Assembly (NCBI GenBank): GCA_963789955.1
Contig: CAWBMV010000001.1
Location: forward strand, 384,001-448,000
Direction: 5' to 3'
DNA length: 64,000 bases
Source: an uncultured Candidatus Rokubacteria bacterium
GTDB taxonomy: Bacteria > Methylomirabilota > Methylomirabilia > Rokubacteriales > CSP1-6
Shown here: in pieces, positions 38,883 to 47,920 of the stretch
Numbering within the stretch: the first letter of the stretch is position 1
Layout: each line of letters starts with the position of its first letter
Made by a program: the position numbers and the translations under genes
Notes under the pieces: model-generated
What the model was told of the DNA's origin: nothing
Databases searched by the model: none
What the model saw: the letters and a program-made list of their open reading frames with translations, nothing else

Positions 38883-40082
38883 CTACCTGATCAAGCCGTA
38901 GAGCCTGCCGGCGTTCTCACACACGACCTTGCGGCGAACGTCCGCCGGGAGGTGGCCGAGCTCGCGGGCGATGTACTCGCGCGAATCAGGCCAGACCCCG
39001 TCGGGATGGGGGAAATCCGAGCCCCACATGACCTTGTCCGCGCCGAGCTCGTCGAGGAGCTTCACGCCGATCGGATCGGTCTGGTAGGTCGCCCAGCACT
39101 GACGCTTCCAGTACTCGCTGGGCGGCATCGTGAGCGAGAGGTCCTTGAACTGATCCTCCCACTCGGCGTCCATGCGCCAGAGCACGTACGGGATCCAGCC
39201 GATTCCGGATTCGCCGAGCACGAGCTTCATGCGCGGATAGCGCTCGAACACGCCCGAGAAGATCATCGAGGTGAGGATGTTGGACATGTTCATCTGGAAC
39301 TGGGTGATGTTCGAGGCGAACGCCGACCGCGCGACCGGCAGATCCACCTTCGGTGCATCGGCGGCGTTGGCGCGCGACGGATCCGACCCGATCGCGATGA
39401 TCTTGCGGATGTTGTCCGGCGTGTAGCCGCCGACCGTGTGGAAATGGAGCGGGAGCCCGCAGCCGTCGATCACGTCCCAGAGCGGGTTCCAGTAGGGATC
39501 CCAGAGCGGCTTGAGGTCCGCCGAGTTGGCGATGTCCAGCCCGCGAAGCGCGCCGCGCTTCACGACGCGCTCGACCTCGGCGATGGCCGCCTCGAGCGGG
39601 TGATTCGGGATGGACGCGAGTCCGATGTAGCGCTCCGGGTGCACCGAGCAGAAGTCGGCGAGCCACTCGTTGTAGACGCGGAGGACTTCGACCGCCGCCT
39701 CCGGATCGTTCATGCGCCCGGTCGTGCCGAGGACTCCGTACAGCACCTCGGCCTGGACGCCGTCGCGGTCCTGGTCCTTCAGGCGCAGGTCGGGATCGGC
39801 GATCCGGCGGATCCCGCGCTTGCCGTCCTCGTAGAGTCCGGTCGACGCCATCCGATCGGAGCGATGGATGCGTCCGGGAATGTACTCGCGGCCCGCGGAG
39901 CCCATGCCGCACGCCATGCCCAGGCTGGCGCCCTTGCTGGTGATCCAGACCGGGCCTTTCGGCCCGTCCGTCGTGTGCGGCATCCTATCTTTCAGACCCG
40001 CGGCCGCCCTGGACGTGAAGAGATCGGGGGGAAGCCAGCAGAGATCGAGATGGCAGTCGGCGGAGATCATTTCGTATTTCAT
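38883..40082 (-). CDS. Amidohydrolase_2-family metal-dependent hydrolase/decarboxylase
   Basis: ISADCH, DQDRDGVQAEVLY, YNEWLADFC, LHFH, ESGIGWIP, MWGSDFPHPD. Confidence 0.9.
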   Translation of the reverse strand: MKYEMISADCHLDLCWLPPDLFTSRAAAGLKDRMPHTTDGPKGPVWITSKGASLGMACGMGSAGREYIPGRIHRSDRMASTGLYEDGKRGIRRIADPDLRLKDQDRDGVQAEVLYGVLGTTGRMNDPEAAVEVLRVYNEWLADFCSVHPERYIGLASIPNHPLEAAIAEVERVVKRGALRGLDIANSADLKPLWDPYWNPLWDVIDGCGLPLHFHTVGGYTPDNIRKIIAIGSDPSRANAADAPKVDLPVARSAFASNITQFQMNMSNILTSMIFSGVFERYPRMKLVLGESGIGWIPYVLWRMDAEWEDQFKDLSLTMPPSEYWKRQCWATYQTDPIGVKLLDELGADKVMWGSDFPHPDGVWPDSREYIARELGHLPADVRRKVVCENAGRLYGLIR

Positions 40083-40176
40083 GGCCGGGAGCGTAGCAGC
40101 AGCGAATTGACAAGGCAAGTCGCGGGGCCTAGGGTCAGCGAGCGTCTCAGGCGCTATCGACAAGGAGGGGAATCAC

Positions 40177-40941
40177 ATGAGATTCAAGGGACGGACCGCG
40201 CTGATCACCGCCGTGGGCCGAGGCATCGGCCGGGCGACCGCCGAGATCATCGCTCGGGAGGGCGGGACGGTCGTCGGCGTCGAGGTCGACAAGGAGAGCC
40301 TGGATCAGGTGGTCAGCGGCATTCGAGCCGAGGGTGGCGCCGCCCACGGTCTCGTCGCCGACGCGCTCGACGCCTCGCAGGTCGCCGGCACCGTGAAGAA
40401 GATCGTCGACGAGCACGGACGCATCGACATTCTGGTGAACGCGGTCGGCGGGAGCACCATCATCCCGAAGCCGGCCGCCCATGTGGACGAGCTCACGCTC
40501 GACGAGTGGCAGCGCATGCTCCACTTCAACCTCACCGGGACGTTTCTCTTCTGCAACGCGGTCGCGCCGGTGATGAAGCGGCAGCGCGGCGGCAAGATCG
40601 TCAACATCTCGTCGATCGCGGGACGAGGCCTGAGCCCGTCGAGCAGCAGCGCCTACGCGACCGCCAAGGGCGGAATCATCGCGTTCACCCGCAAGCTTTC
40701 CTTCGAGCTCGGGCCGTTCGGCGTGACCGTGAACGCGATCGCGCCGAGCCTCACCCTGAGCCCTCGGCTGCGCCCGCGCTGGGACCGGATGTCGGCGGAA
40801 GATCGGGCCCGCGAGGAAGCGCGGGTGCCGCTCGGGCGGGTCGCGCTGCCCGAGGATCAGGCGCGCGTGATCTGCTTTCTCGCGTCGAGCGACGCCGACT
40901 TCGTCACCGGCGTGACGATCGACGTGAACGGAGGTCAGTAG
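40177..40941 (+). CDS. Short-chain dehydrogenase/reductase
   Basis: TAVGRGIG, YATAK, VNAIAP, DVNGG. Confidence 0.9.
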   Translation: MRFKGRTALITAVGRGIGRATAEIIAREGGTVVGVEVDKESLDQVVSGIRAEGGAAHGLVADALDASQVAGTVKKIVDEHGRIDILVNAVGGSTIIPKPAAHVDELTLDEWQRMLHFNLTGTFLFCNAVAPVMKRQRGGKIVNISSIAGRGLSPSSSSAYATAKGGIIAFTRKLSFELGPFGVTVNAIAPSLTLSPRLRPRWDRMSAEDRAREEARVPLGRVALPEDQARVICFLASSDADFVTGVTIDVNGGQ

Positions 40942-41852
40942 CCGAGGGCCTGCTGGGCGATCTCGACGTCGACCAGATCCTCGAAGCGGTGGGTCCGCTT
41001 GATGAAGCCGCCGTCCAGCAGGATCGTCTGGAGGGTGTCGAAGCCCGACCGCGTCAGGACCGGATCGCGCGCCCAGGCGGACTGGCGCAGATAACGCTCG
41101 ACGGCGGCGACGCGGAAGCCGGGGTCGATGTCGGCGAACGCGGGCGCGATCACCGCGGCGATCTCGCGGGCGTCGCTGGCCGCCATCCAGCGCTGCGCTC
41201 TGGAGAATCCGCGCACGAAGCGCACGAGCCGCTCGCGATCGCGCGTGAGCGTCGCCCGTGACGCCATGAGGGAGCTGAAGGGCACCGGCCCGGTCGCGTC
41301 GCCCATCGCGGCGACGAGGTGCCCGGTGCCGTCCGCGAGGAGCTGATCCACGATCGGCGGACCGTGCTCGATGAACTCTCCCTTGCGAGCGCGGAACGCG
41401 GCGACGGCGTCGGCGTTCGAGAGACCGCGCAGAAACGTGATGCGCGCGGGATCGACGCCGTGGCGCCGCAGAACCGTCTGCATGCAGAGCCACGGCGTGG
41501 GCGCGCCGCCGAACGAGATCACGGTGCTCCCGACCAGATCCGACCACGCAAAGCGGGGTCGCGGCTCGCGGCTCAACAGAAAGAATCCGTTCCGGTCGTT
41601 GACCCCGGCGAAGTGCACCAGCGGCGGTTCACCGCGATCGGCCTGATCGAAGCTCCGCATGAGACCGGACAGCGCGACGTCGGCTTCGCCCCGTTGCATG
41701 ATGCCGACCGTGCCCGCGCCGAATTCCGCCGTCACCACCTCGACGTCGAGCCCTTCGGCGGCGAGGTGGCCGCCGTGGACGGCCACGGCGAGCGGCGCGT
41801 AGAAGATCGAGCGGAACGTTTCGGCGACTCGGATCCGGCTGGAAGGGCTCAC
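40935..41852 (-). CDS. ABC transporter substrate-binding protein (NMT1/THI5/SsuA-like)
   Basis: RSIFYAPLAVA...GHLAAEGLDVE, GEADVALSG; GTG start inferred. Confidence 0.72.
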   Translation of the reverse strand: MSPSSRIRVAETFRSIFYAPLAVAVHGGHLAAEGLDVEVVTAEFGAGTVGIMQRGEADVALSGLMRSFDQADRGEPPLVHFAGVNDRNGFFLLSREPRPRFAWSDLVGSTVISFGGAPTPWLCMQTVLRRHGVDPARITFLRGLSNADAVAAFRARKGEFIEHGPPIVDQLLADGTGHLVAAMGDATGPVPFSSLMASRATLTRDRERLVRFVRGFSRAQRWMAASDAREIAAVIAPAFADIDPGFRVAAVERYLRQSAWARDPVLTRSGFDTLQTILLDGGFIKRTHRFEDLVDVEIAQQALGY

Positions 41853-41990
41853 GGCGACGGAGTATACCGCCGCAGTGCGGGACCGCGCCGTCGCTTTCGA
41901 GGATGATTTCTGGCCGTCCTCTGGGCCGTTTCTTTCCATTCCCTGGGTGACAACGCCTCCTATCACGCTGATTTTACGTACCAGGATCCG

Positions 41991-42005
41991 TGGCACCCCC
42001 CTCGC
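41991..42005 (+). promoter_or_regulatory. Sigma54-like -24/-12 promoter
   Basis: TGGCAC-CCCCC-TCGC just before the ATG at 42019. Confidence 0.5.
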
Positions 42006-42018
42006 ATCCGAAAATGGA

Positions 42019-44151
42019 ATGGCGACGGAAGCCATCCGGCCGGTTTACGCTCGTCCCTCGCTCGAGCGGGCCCACGAGGACCCGGCCGAGCGACAGTTCC
42101 GCCGCCGACTGAGGCTCTATCAGGAGCTCACGGTCCGCGGCGGCGTCGCCCTGGTCATCGTGGCGTTCCAGCTCGCGTTCGCGGTCGAGCCCCCGGCCTT
42201 CGCGCGCTGCATCTCGCTCCTCGCGCTCTTCGGGCTCTTCCTGAACGGGCCCTACTTCCTCGCGGCTCGCAACGGGCGCGCGTTCGTCGCGCAGGCCTAC
42301 GTCCGGATGCTCGTCGACGTCCTGCTCCTGAGTGTCGGGCTCTACTTCGCGGGTGGCCTGGCCGCCGCCCACTTCCTCGGCGCATACCTGATCGTGATGA
42401 TCTACGCGGGCATCACCTTCTCGAGCCGCGCGTGCCTGACCGCGACCGCGGCGGCGACCGGCAGCTACGTGACGATCGTGTCGCTGCAGCACGCGGGAAT
42501 CCTGAGCGCGCCCTTCGAGCTCCCGAACGCCGTGATGATCGCGACGTTCAACCTGATCTTGCTCAACATCGCCGGCGCGCTGACGGCGATGCTGTCGCGC
42601 GCGCTGCGCGAGAGCCGCCGCCGCCTTCGCGCGACGTATCAGGAGCTCGAGCGCTTCGTCGAGGCGATCCCCGACGTCATCTACGTGGTCGATCGCGCCG
42701 GACGTCTGACCCTCTGGAATCAGAAGCTCGAGAGCGTGACCGGCCGCGGCGCCGCGGCGCTCAAGGGCGAGCTGCTGACCGATCTGCTCGCCGAGGACGA
42801 CCGCGCGCCGTTCCGCGCGGCGCTCGCCACGGGCCTCGAAGACCGTCCCGTTCGAGGTCGAAGGCCGGCTGCGCGGCGCCGACGGCGCGCTGATCGCCTA
42901 TCAATGGACCGGCGCCGCGCTCACCGACGCGCACGGCCAGGTGAGCGGGCTCACCGGCGTGGGGCGCGACGTCACGGAGCGCAAGCGCGCCGACGAGATC
43001 CTGCGCCAGCGCGAGACCGAGATGCGGCAGCTGCAGAAGATCGAGGCGATCGGCCGGCTCGCCGGCGGAGTCGCCCACGACTTCAACAACGTGCTCACCG
43101 TCGTCATCGGGCGCAGCCAGCTCATGCTGTCCCGCTACCAGCCCGACGATCCCGCGTATCAGGACCTCGACCAGATCGAGAGCACCGCGCAGCGCGCCGC
43201 CAGCCTGACGCGACAGCTGCTCGCGTTCAGCCGCAATCAGGCCTCGGCTCGCCAGCCGGTCGATTTGAATGCCATGGTCACGAGCGTGACCGACATGCTG
43301 GCGCGGCTCATCGGCGAGCACATCGATCTGGCGGTGACGCTCGACCCGAAGCTCGACCTCGTGATGGCCGACCCGGGCCAGATCGAGCAGGTCATCGTCA
43401 ACTTCGCGGTCAACGCGCGCGATGCCATGCCCAACGGCGGCCGTCTCACGATCACGACTCGCAACGTCATGCTGAACGCCGCGTTCGTCGCCGCCCACCC
43501 GGCCGCCTCCGTCGGCCCGCACGTCGTCCTGGAGGTCTGCGACAACGGGGTCGGCATGGACGATCCGACCTTGCAGCGGGTCTTCGAGCCGTTCTTCACG
43601 ACCAAGGCGGCCGGCAAGGGATGCGGGCTCGGGCTGTCGACGGTGTACGGGATCGTGAAGGGGCACGACGGCTACACCGCCGTGGAGAGCGAGCCCGGGC
43701 GCGGCGCGACGTTTCGCGTCTATCTCCCTCGCATGGCGGCGCCGGTCGCCGCGCCGCGCGGAGAGCGCGGACAGGGCTCACGCCGGGCGGCGACGAGACG
43801 ATCCTGCTGGTCGAGGACGAGGAGGCCGTCCGGGGTCTCGTGCGTGAGATCCTGATCCGGCTCGGCTACCGCGTCCTGGTGGCGAGCGACGGGATCGAGG
43901 CGCTCGCGCTGAGCCGGGAGTTCGCGGAGCCGATCGACCTCCTGCTGACCGACGTCGTCATGCCCGGGATGGACGGGCGCGAGCTGGCGGAGCGGATGCG
44001 GATGACACGCCCGGACACGCGGATTCTGTTCATGTCCGGCTATGCCGAGCCGCCGATTCCCGACGACGTCTTGCTCCAGAAGCCCGTCACCCCCGACGCG
44101 CTCGCCCGAAAAGTCTCCGAAGTTCTGCACCAGCCCGCGCTCACCGACTGA
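42019..44151 (+). CDS. Membrane hybrid histidine kinase (TM-PAS-HisKA-HATPase-REC, CckA-like architecture); two frameshifts near 42850 and 43780
   Basis: TM region, EAIPDVIY PAS, GGVAHDFNNVL, NARDAMPNGG, FEPFFTTK, GLGLSTVYGIV, TILLVEDE/TDVVMPGM receiver. Confidence 0.88.
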   Translation: MATEAIRPVYARPSLERAHEDPAERQFRRRLRLYQELTVRGGVALVIVAFQLAFAVEPPAFARCISLLALFGLFLNGPYFLAARNGRAFVAQAYVRMLVDVLLLSVGLYFAGGLAAAHFLGAYLIVMIYAGITFSSRACLTATAAATGSYVTIVSLQHAGILSAPFELPNAVMIATFNLILLNIAGALTAMLSRALRESRRRLRATYQELERFVEAIPDVIYVVDRAGRLTLWNQKLESVTGRGAAALKGELLTDLLAEDDRAPFRAALATGLEDRPVRGRRPAARRRRRADRLSMDRRRAHRRARPGERAHRRGARRHGAQARRRDPAPARDRDAAAAEDRGDRPARRRSRPRLQQRAHRRHRAQPAHAVPLPARRSRVSGPRPDREHRAARRQPDATAARVQPQSGLGSPAGRFECHGHERDRHAGAAHRRAHRSGGDARPEARPRDGRPGPDRAGHRQLRGQRARCHAQRRPSHDHDSQRHAERRVRRRPPGRLRRPARRPGGLRQRGRHGRSDLAAGLRAVLHDQGGRQGMRARAVDGVRDREGARRLHRRGERARARRDVSRLSPSHGGAGRRAARRARTGLTPGGDETILLVEDEEAVRGLVREILIRLGYRVLVASDGIEALALSREFAEPIDLLLTDVVMPGMDGRELAERMRMTRPDTRILFMSGYAEPPIPDDVLLQKPVTPDALARKVSEVLHQPALTD

Positions 44152-44236
44152 GCGTGCCGCGCGCCCGCTCGGCGGGTTGACATCCCGAGCGATTCCCCCA
44201 TAATCGGCTGCCATGAAATTCTCGAGGCAGAACGCG

Positions 44237-45096
44237 ATGCGCTATCCGTGGCCCGACGGCAAGCAGTCCGCGGCCGTGCTCTCGTTCGACTTCGACGCGG
44301 AATCGGGCTTTCTCTTCCGCGAGCCCGAGAAGGCCAAGCGCAGCCTGGCCGACCTGGAAGAGCGGCGCTTCGGACCACGGGTCGGCGTCGATCGCATCTT
44401 GAGGATGCTCGACCGGCTGCGCATGCGGGCGAGCTTCTATATCCCGGGCTGGACGGTCGAGAACCATCTGCCGCAATGCAAGCGGATCCGAGACGCCGGG
44501 CACGAGATCGGCGCGCACGGCAACGTCCACGAGGCGGTCGCCGCGCTCGATCAGGCGCAGGAGAAGGCCGTGCTCGCCGAGCAGCTGCGGATTCTCGCCG
44601 ATCATCTCGGCGTCCGTCCGGCCGGCTATCGCTCGCCGTCCTGGGACGTGAACGTGTGGACGCCGGGCCTGCTGAAGACTCACGGGTTTCGCTACGACAG
44701 CTCGCTGATGGGCAACGACGTGCCCTACGACGTGGCCACGCCCGAAGGGCCGCTCACCGAGATTCCGGTGCAGTGGATCATGGACGACGCGCCGCTGTTT
44801 CGCCACGTGTACGGCTCGACCAATGCCATCGCCGATCCCGGCCGCGTGCTGCAGATGTGGAGCAAGGAATTCATCGCGATGCACCGCGAGAACGGCTGCT
44901 TCGTGCTGACGTGCCACCCGTTCATCAGCGGGCGGGCGTCGCGGGTGGCACTGATCGAGGAGCTCGTCGCGTACATGCGCCGACAGCGCGGCGTCTGGTT
45001 CGCGACCTGCGAGGACGTCGCGCGCTGGCACGACGAGCACGGACGGTCGGGCTCGGCGCGGCGCCGGCGCGCCGCGCGAAGCGCGCCGCGCGCTGA
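44237..45096 (+). CDS. Polysaccharide deacetylase, PuuE/HpPgdA-like
   Basis: LSFDFDAE, GPRVGVDRIL, HEIGAHG..HE, GYRSPSW, YDSSLM, CHPFISGR; true end near 45096 inferred, since read-through to 45439 overlaps the ferredoxin. Confidence 0.82.
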
Positions 45097-45152
45097 GCCG
45101 CAACGTCAACCCGACACTCCGACGATCGCTGACAGAGGGAAAGGACAGCCAG

Positions 45153-45461
45153 ATGCCGCGATTCGTGACGGTGGCGAAGGCCGACAGCATCCAGCCGGGC
45201 CAGATGATCAAGGTCGAGATCGACAATCTGCCGGTCGCGGTCGCGAACGTCGGCGGGACCTTCCACGCGTTCGACGACACGTGCACGCACGAAGACTGCT
45301 CGCTCGCCGAGGGCGAGCTGGCGAAAACGGTCGTGACGTGTCCGGCCCACTTCGCGGAGTTCGACATCCGCAACGGCGCCGTGCTCGCGCCGCCCGCCAC
45401 GGTACCGATCAAGGTCTATCCCGTCCGCATTCAGGGTAACGACGTGCAAGTGGAATTCTGA
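45153..45461 (+). CDS. Rieske-type [2Fe-2S] ferredoxin
   Basis: CTH...CPAH ligands, FDIRNG, 102 aa. Confidence 0.92.
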   Translation: MPRFVTVAKADSIQPGQMIKVEIDNLPVAVANVGGTFHAFDDTCTHEDCSLAEGELAKTVVTCPAHFAEFDIRNGAVLAPPATVPIKVYPVRIQGNDVQVEF

Positions 45462-46684
45462 TGCCGACGATCGCGATCGTCGGCGCCAGCCTCACCGGGT
45501 CGTCGGCCGCCGCGACCCTGCGCGAGGAAGGCTTCGACGGCCGCGTGCTCCTGATCGGCGCCGAGCCGCAGCCTCCGTACGATCGACCGCCGCTCTCCAA
45601 GAACTATCTGCGCGGCGGGACACCGTTCGAGAAGACCCTGCTGCGGCCGCCGGACTTCTACCGGGAGCGCGACATCGAGCTGCGCCTGGGGACGACGGTC
45701 GTGAAGGTCGACCCGGAGAAACGGACGCTCGCGCTGCAGGACGGCGACCGGCTCGAGTTCGATCAGCTGCTCATCGCGACCGGCGGCAGAAATCGGCGCT
45801 TCCCGATTCCCGGCCTCGATCTGCCCGGCGTCTACGACCTGCGCACGGTGGCCGATGCCGACCGCATCCGCGACGCGATCGCGCGCGGCGGCCGCGCGGT
45901 CGTCGTCGGGCTGGGCTTCATCGGCGCCGAGGTCGCGGCGTCGATGCGCCAGTCGGGGCTCGAGGTCGTCGCCGTCGAGCCGTTCAAGACGCCGCTCTAC
46001 CGGGCGCTCGGCGAAGACATCGGCCGGGTGGTCGAGGGTCTCCATCGCGACCACGGCGTCGAGATGATCCTGGACGATGCCGTGACGGCGTTCGAGGGCG
46101 CCGGCAAGGTCGAGCGCGTCGTGACCCGCCAGGGGCGGCGCATCGAGTGCAGCCTGGCGGTCTTCGGGCTCGGTATCGAGCCCGTCACCGAGCTCGTCGC
46201 GGGCACCGCCGTGCGCGTCGACAACGGGATCGTCGTCGACGATCAGTGCCGAACCAACGTGCGCGGCATCTTCGCCGCCGGTGACGTCGCCAATCACTTT
46301 CACCCCGTGTGCGGGCGCCAGATGCGGGTCGAGCACTGGCAGAACGGCGTCAAGCAGGGGGCCGCCGCCGCGCGCAGCATGCTCGGACGGGGACAGGCCT
46401 ACGACGAGGTTCACTGGTTCTGGTCCGATCAGTTCGACGCGAACATCCAGTACGCGGGATTCCACGCCGCCTGGGACCGGATGGTCGTGCGCGGCAGCCT
46501 GGCCGAGCGCAAGTTCCTCGCGTTCTACCTGGCCGAGGGCCGGCTGGAGTCCGTCGTCGCGATCAATCAGGGACGTGACGTGCGACGAGCCCTGCCGATC
46601 ATCAAGTCGCGCGTGACCGTCGATCCCGCGCGTCTCGAGGATCCGTCCGTGGATCTGCGAACGCTCGCGCCGGCGACCGCGTAG
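45461..46684 (+). CDS. FAD-dependent ferredoxin reductase (oxygenase-coupled type)
   Basis: PYDRPPLSK, ATGG, GLGFIGAE, IFAAGDVA, RVEHW, WFWSDQF. Confidence 0.92.
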   Translation: MPTIAIVGASLTGSSAAATLREEGFDGRVLLIGAEPQPPYDRPPLSKNYLRGGTPFEKTLLRPPDFYRERDIELRLGTTVVKVDPEKRTLALQDGDRLEFDQLLIATGGRNRRFPIPGLDLPGVYDLRTVADADRIRDAIARGGRAVVVGLGFIGAEVAASMRQSGLEVVAVEPFKTPLYRALGEDIGRVVEGLHRDHGVEMILDDAVTAFEGAGKVERVVTRQGRRIECSLAVFGLGIEPVTELVAGTAVRVDNGIVVDDQCRTNVRGIFAAGDVANHFHPVCGRQMRVEHWQNGVKQGAAAARSMLGRGQAYDEVHWFWSDQFDANIQYAGFHAAWDRMVVRGSLAERKFLAFYLAEGRLESVVAINQGRDVRRALPIIKSRVTVDPARLEDPSVDLRTLAPATA

Positions 46685-46698
46685 CGAGGGAGCTCCGA

Positions 46699-47844
46699 AT
46701 GATCAAGCGCTTCTCGACTCTCTATATCGGGCACATCGAGCTGGAGAACTGCGGGCACGCCGGCACGCCGGCCGACGACCGCCGCTATCCGAACGAGCGG
46801 GTGATCGAGGCCTTCGACACCACGCTCGAGCTCGCGCAGACGATGGACGACCTCGGGTACGAGGCGCTCTGGCTGGCCGAGCACCACTTCCAGCACGAAG
46901 GCTACGAGTGCATCCCGAACATCCCGCTGCTGGCCGTCCACATCGCCAACCACACGCGGCGGCTCAAGATCGGCTGCGGGTTCAACATCACGCCCACCTG
47001 GCACCCGATTCGTTTGGCCGAGGACTACGCGACGGCCGACATCCTGACCGGAGGGCGCCTGATCTTCGGCGTCGGCCGCGGCTACCACTCGCGAGAAGTC
47101 GAGAGCTTCGGCAACCCGATGCTCGACGGCGAGGCCAATCGCGAGCTGTTCGAGGAGCAGATCGAGATCATCCTCAAGGCGTTCAATCAGGCCTCGTTCT
47201 CGCACCAGGGGAAGTACTACACGATCCCGCCGGCGGTGCCGTATCGCGGCTATCAGCTGAAGGAGCTCTCGCTGGTCCCGCGCCCGGTGCATCTGCCGGT
47301 CGAGATCTGGCAGCCCATCGTCAGCGGCAGCGCGCGCGGGCTCGAGTTCATGATCAAGCACGGCATCAAGGGTGTCGTCTCCGCCACCGCCGAGCAGTTC
47401 GCCGACCGGTGGTTCCGCGACTATCAGGCCGTGGCGCGCGCGCACGGGCGGGAATTACAGCTCGGCCAGGATCTGATCCTCGGATTCCGGATGAGTATCG
47501 ACGACACCCAGGAGCTCGCCGTCCGCAAGGCGCGCCCGTACTTCGAGGAGCACGCGAAGTTCATGGGGCCGCTGGGGATGCTGCGTTACAGCGAGGAGCA
47601 CGTGAAGGCGGTCGCGGAGCGCAGGGCTCAGTCACCCACCGCCGCGACGATCGAGAACGGCGTGCAGAACCGCACCTGGCTCTGCGGGCCCGCCGAGGAG
47701 TTCATCGGCTATCTGAAGGACGTCGAGCGCCGCTATCCGGGGCTCGAGCACGTCATGGTCTCGTGCCCGCTCGGAACGCCGAAGAAGATCATGAAGGAGA
47801 ATCTCACGCGCTTCGCGCGCGAGGTGATGCCGGCCTTCAAATAG
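46699..47844 (+). CDS. LLM-class flavin-dependent oxidoreductase
   Basis: WLAEHHFQ, WHPIRLAEDYATADILTGGRLIFGVGRGY. Confidence 0.9.
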   Translation: MIKRFSTLYIGHIELENCGHAGTPADDRRYPNERVIEAFDTTLELAQTMDDLGYEALWLAEHHFQHEGYECIPNIPLLAVHIANHTRRLKIGCGFNITPTWHPIRLAEDYATADILTGGRLIFGVGRGYHSREVESFGNPMLDGEANRELFEEQIEIILKAFNQASFSHQGKYYTIPPAVPYRGYQLKELSLVPRPVHLPVEIWQPIVSGSARGLEFMIKHGIKGVVSATAEQFADRWFRDYQAVARAHGRELQLGQDLILGFRMSIDDTQELAVRKARPYFEEHAKFMGPLGMLRYSEEHVKAVAERRAQSPTAATIENGVQNRTWLCGPAEEFIGYLKDVERRYPGLEHVMVSCPLGTPKKIMKENLTRFAREVMPAFK

Positions 47845-47920
47845 CCGGACGTGTGGCCCGGGCAGGTTTACCTGGATCCAGCGTTTGTCTTCGCGGGGTA
47901 CCCGATGATGCGGTGTCGGA

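Noticed and set aside
34089..41261. 906-aa (34089-36809 -) and 800-aa (38859-41261 +) ORFs
   Set aside because: Antisense or off-frame to clear enzymes; no motifs of their own
44213..45439. Deacetylase extended to 408 aa
   Set aside because: The tail is low-complexity and overlaps the Rieske ferredoxin; more likely an indel near 45040
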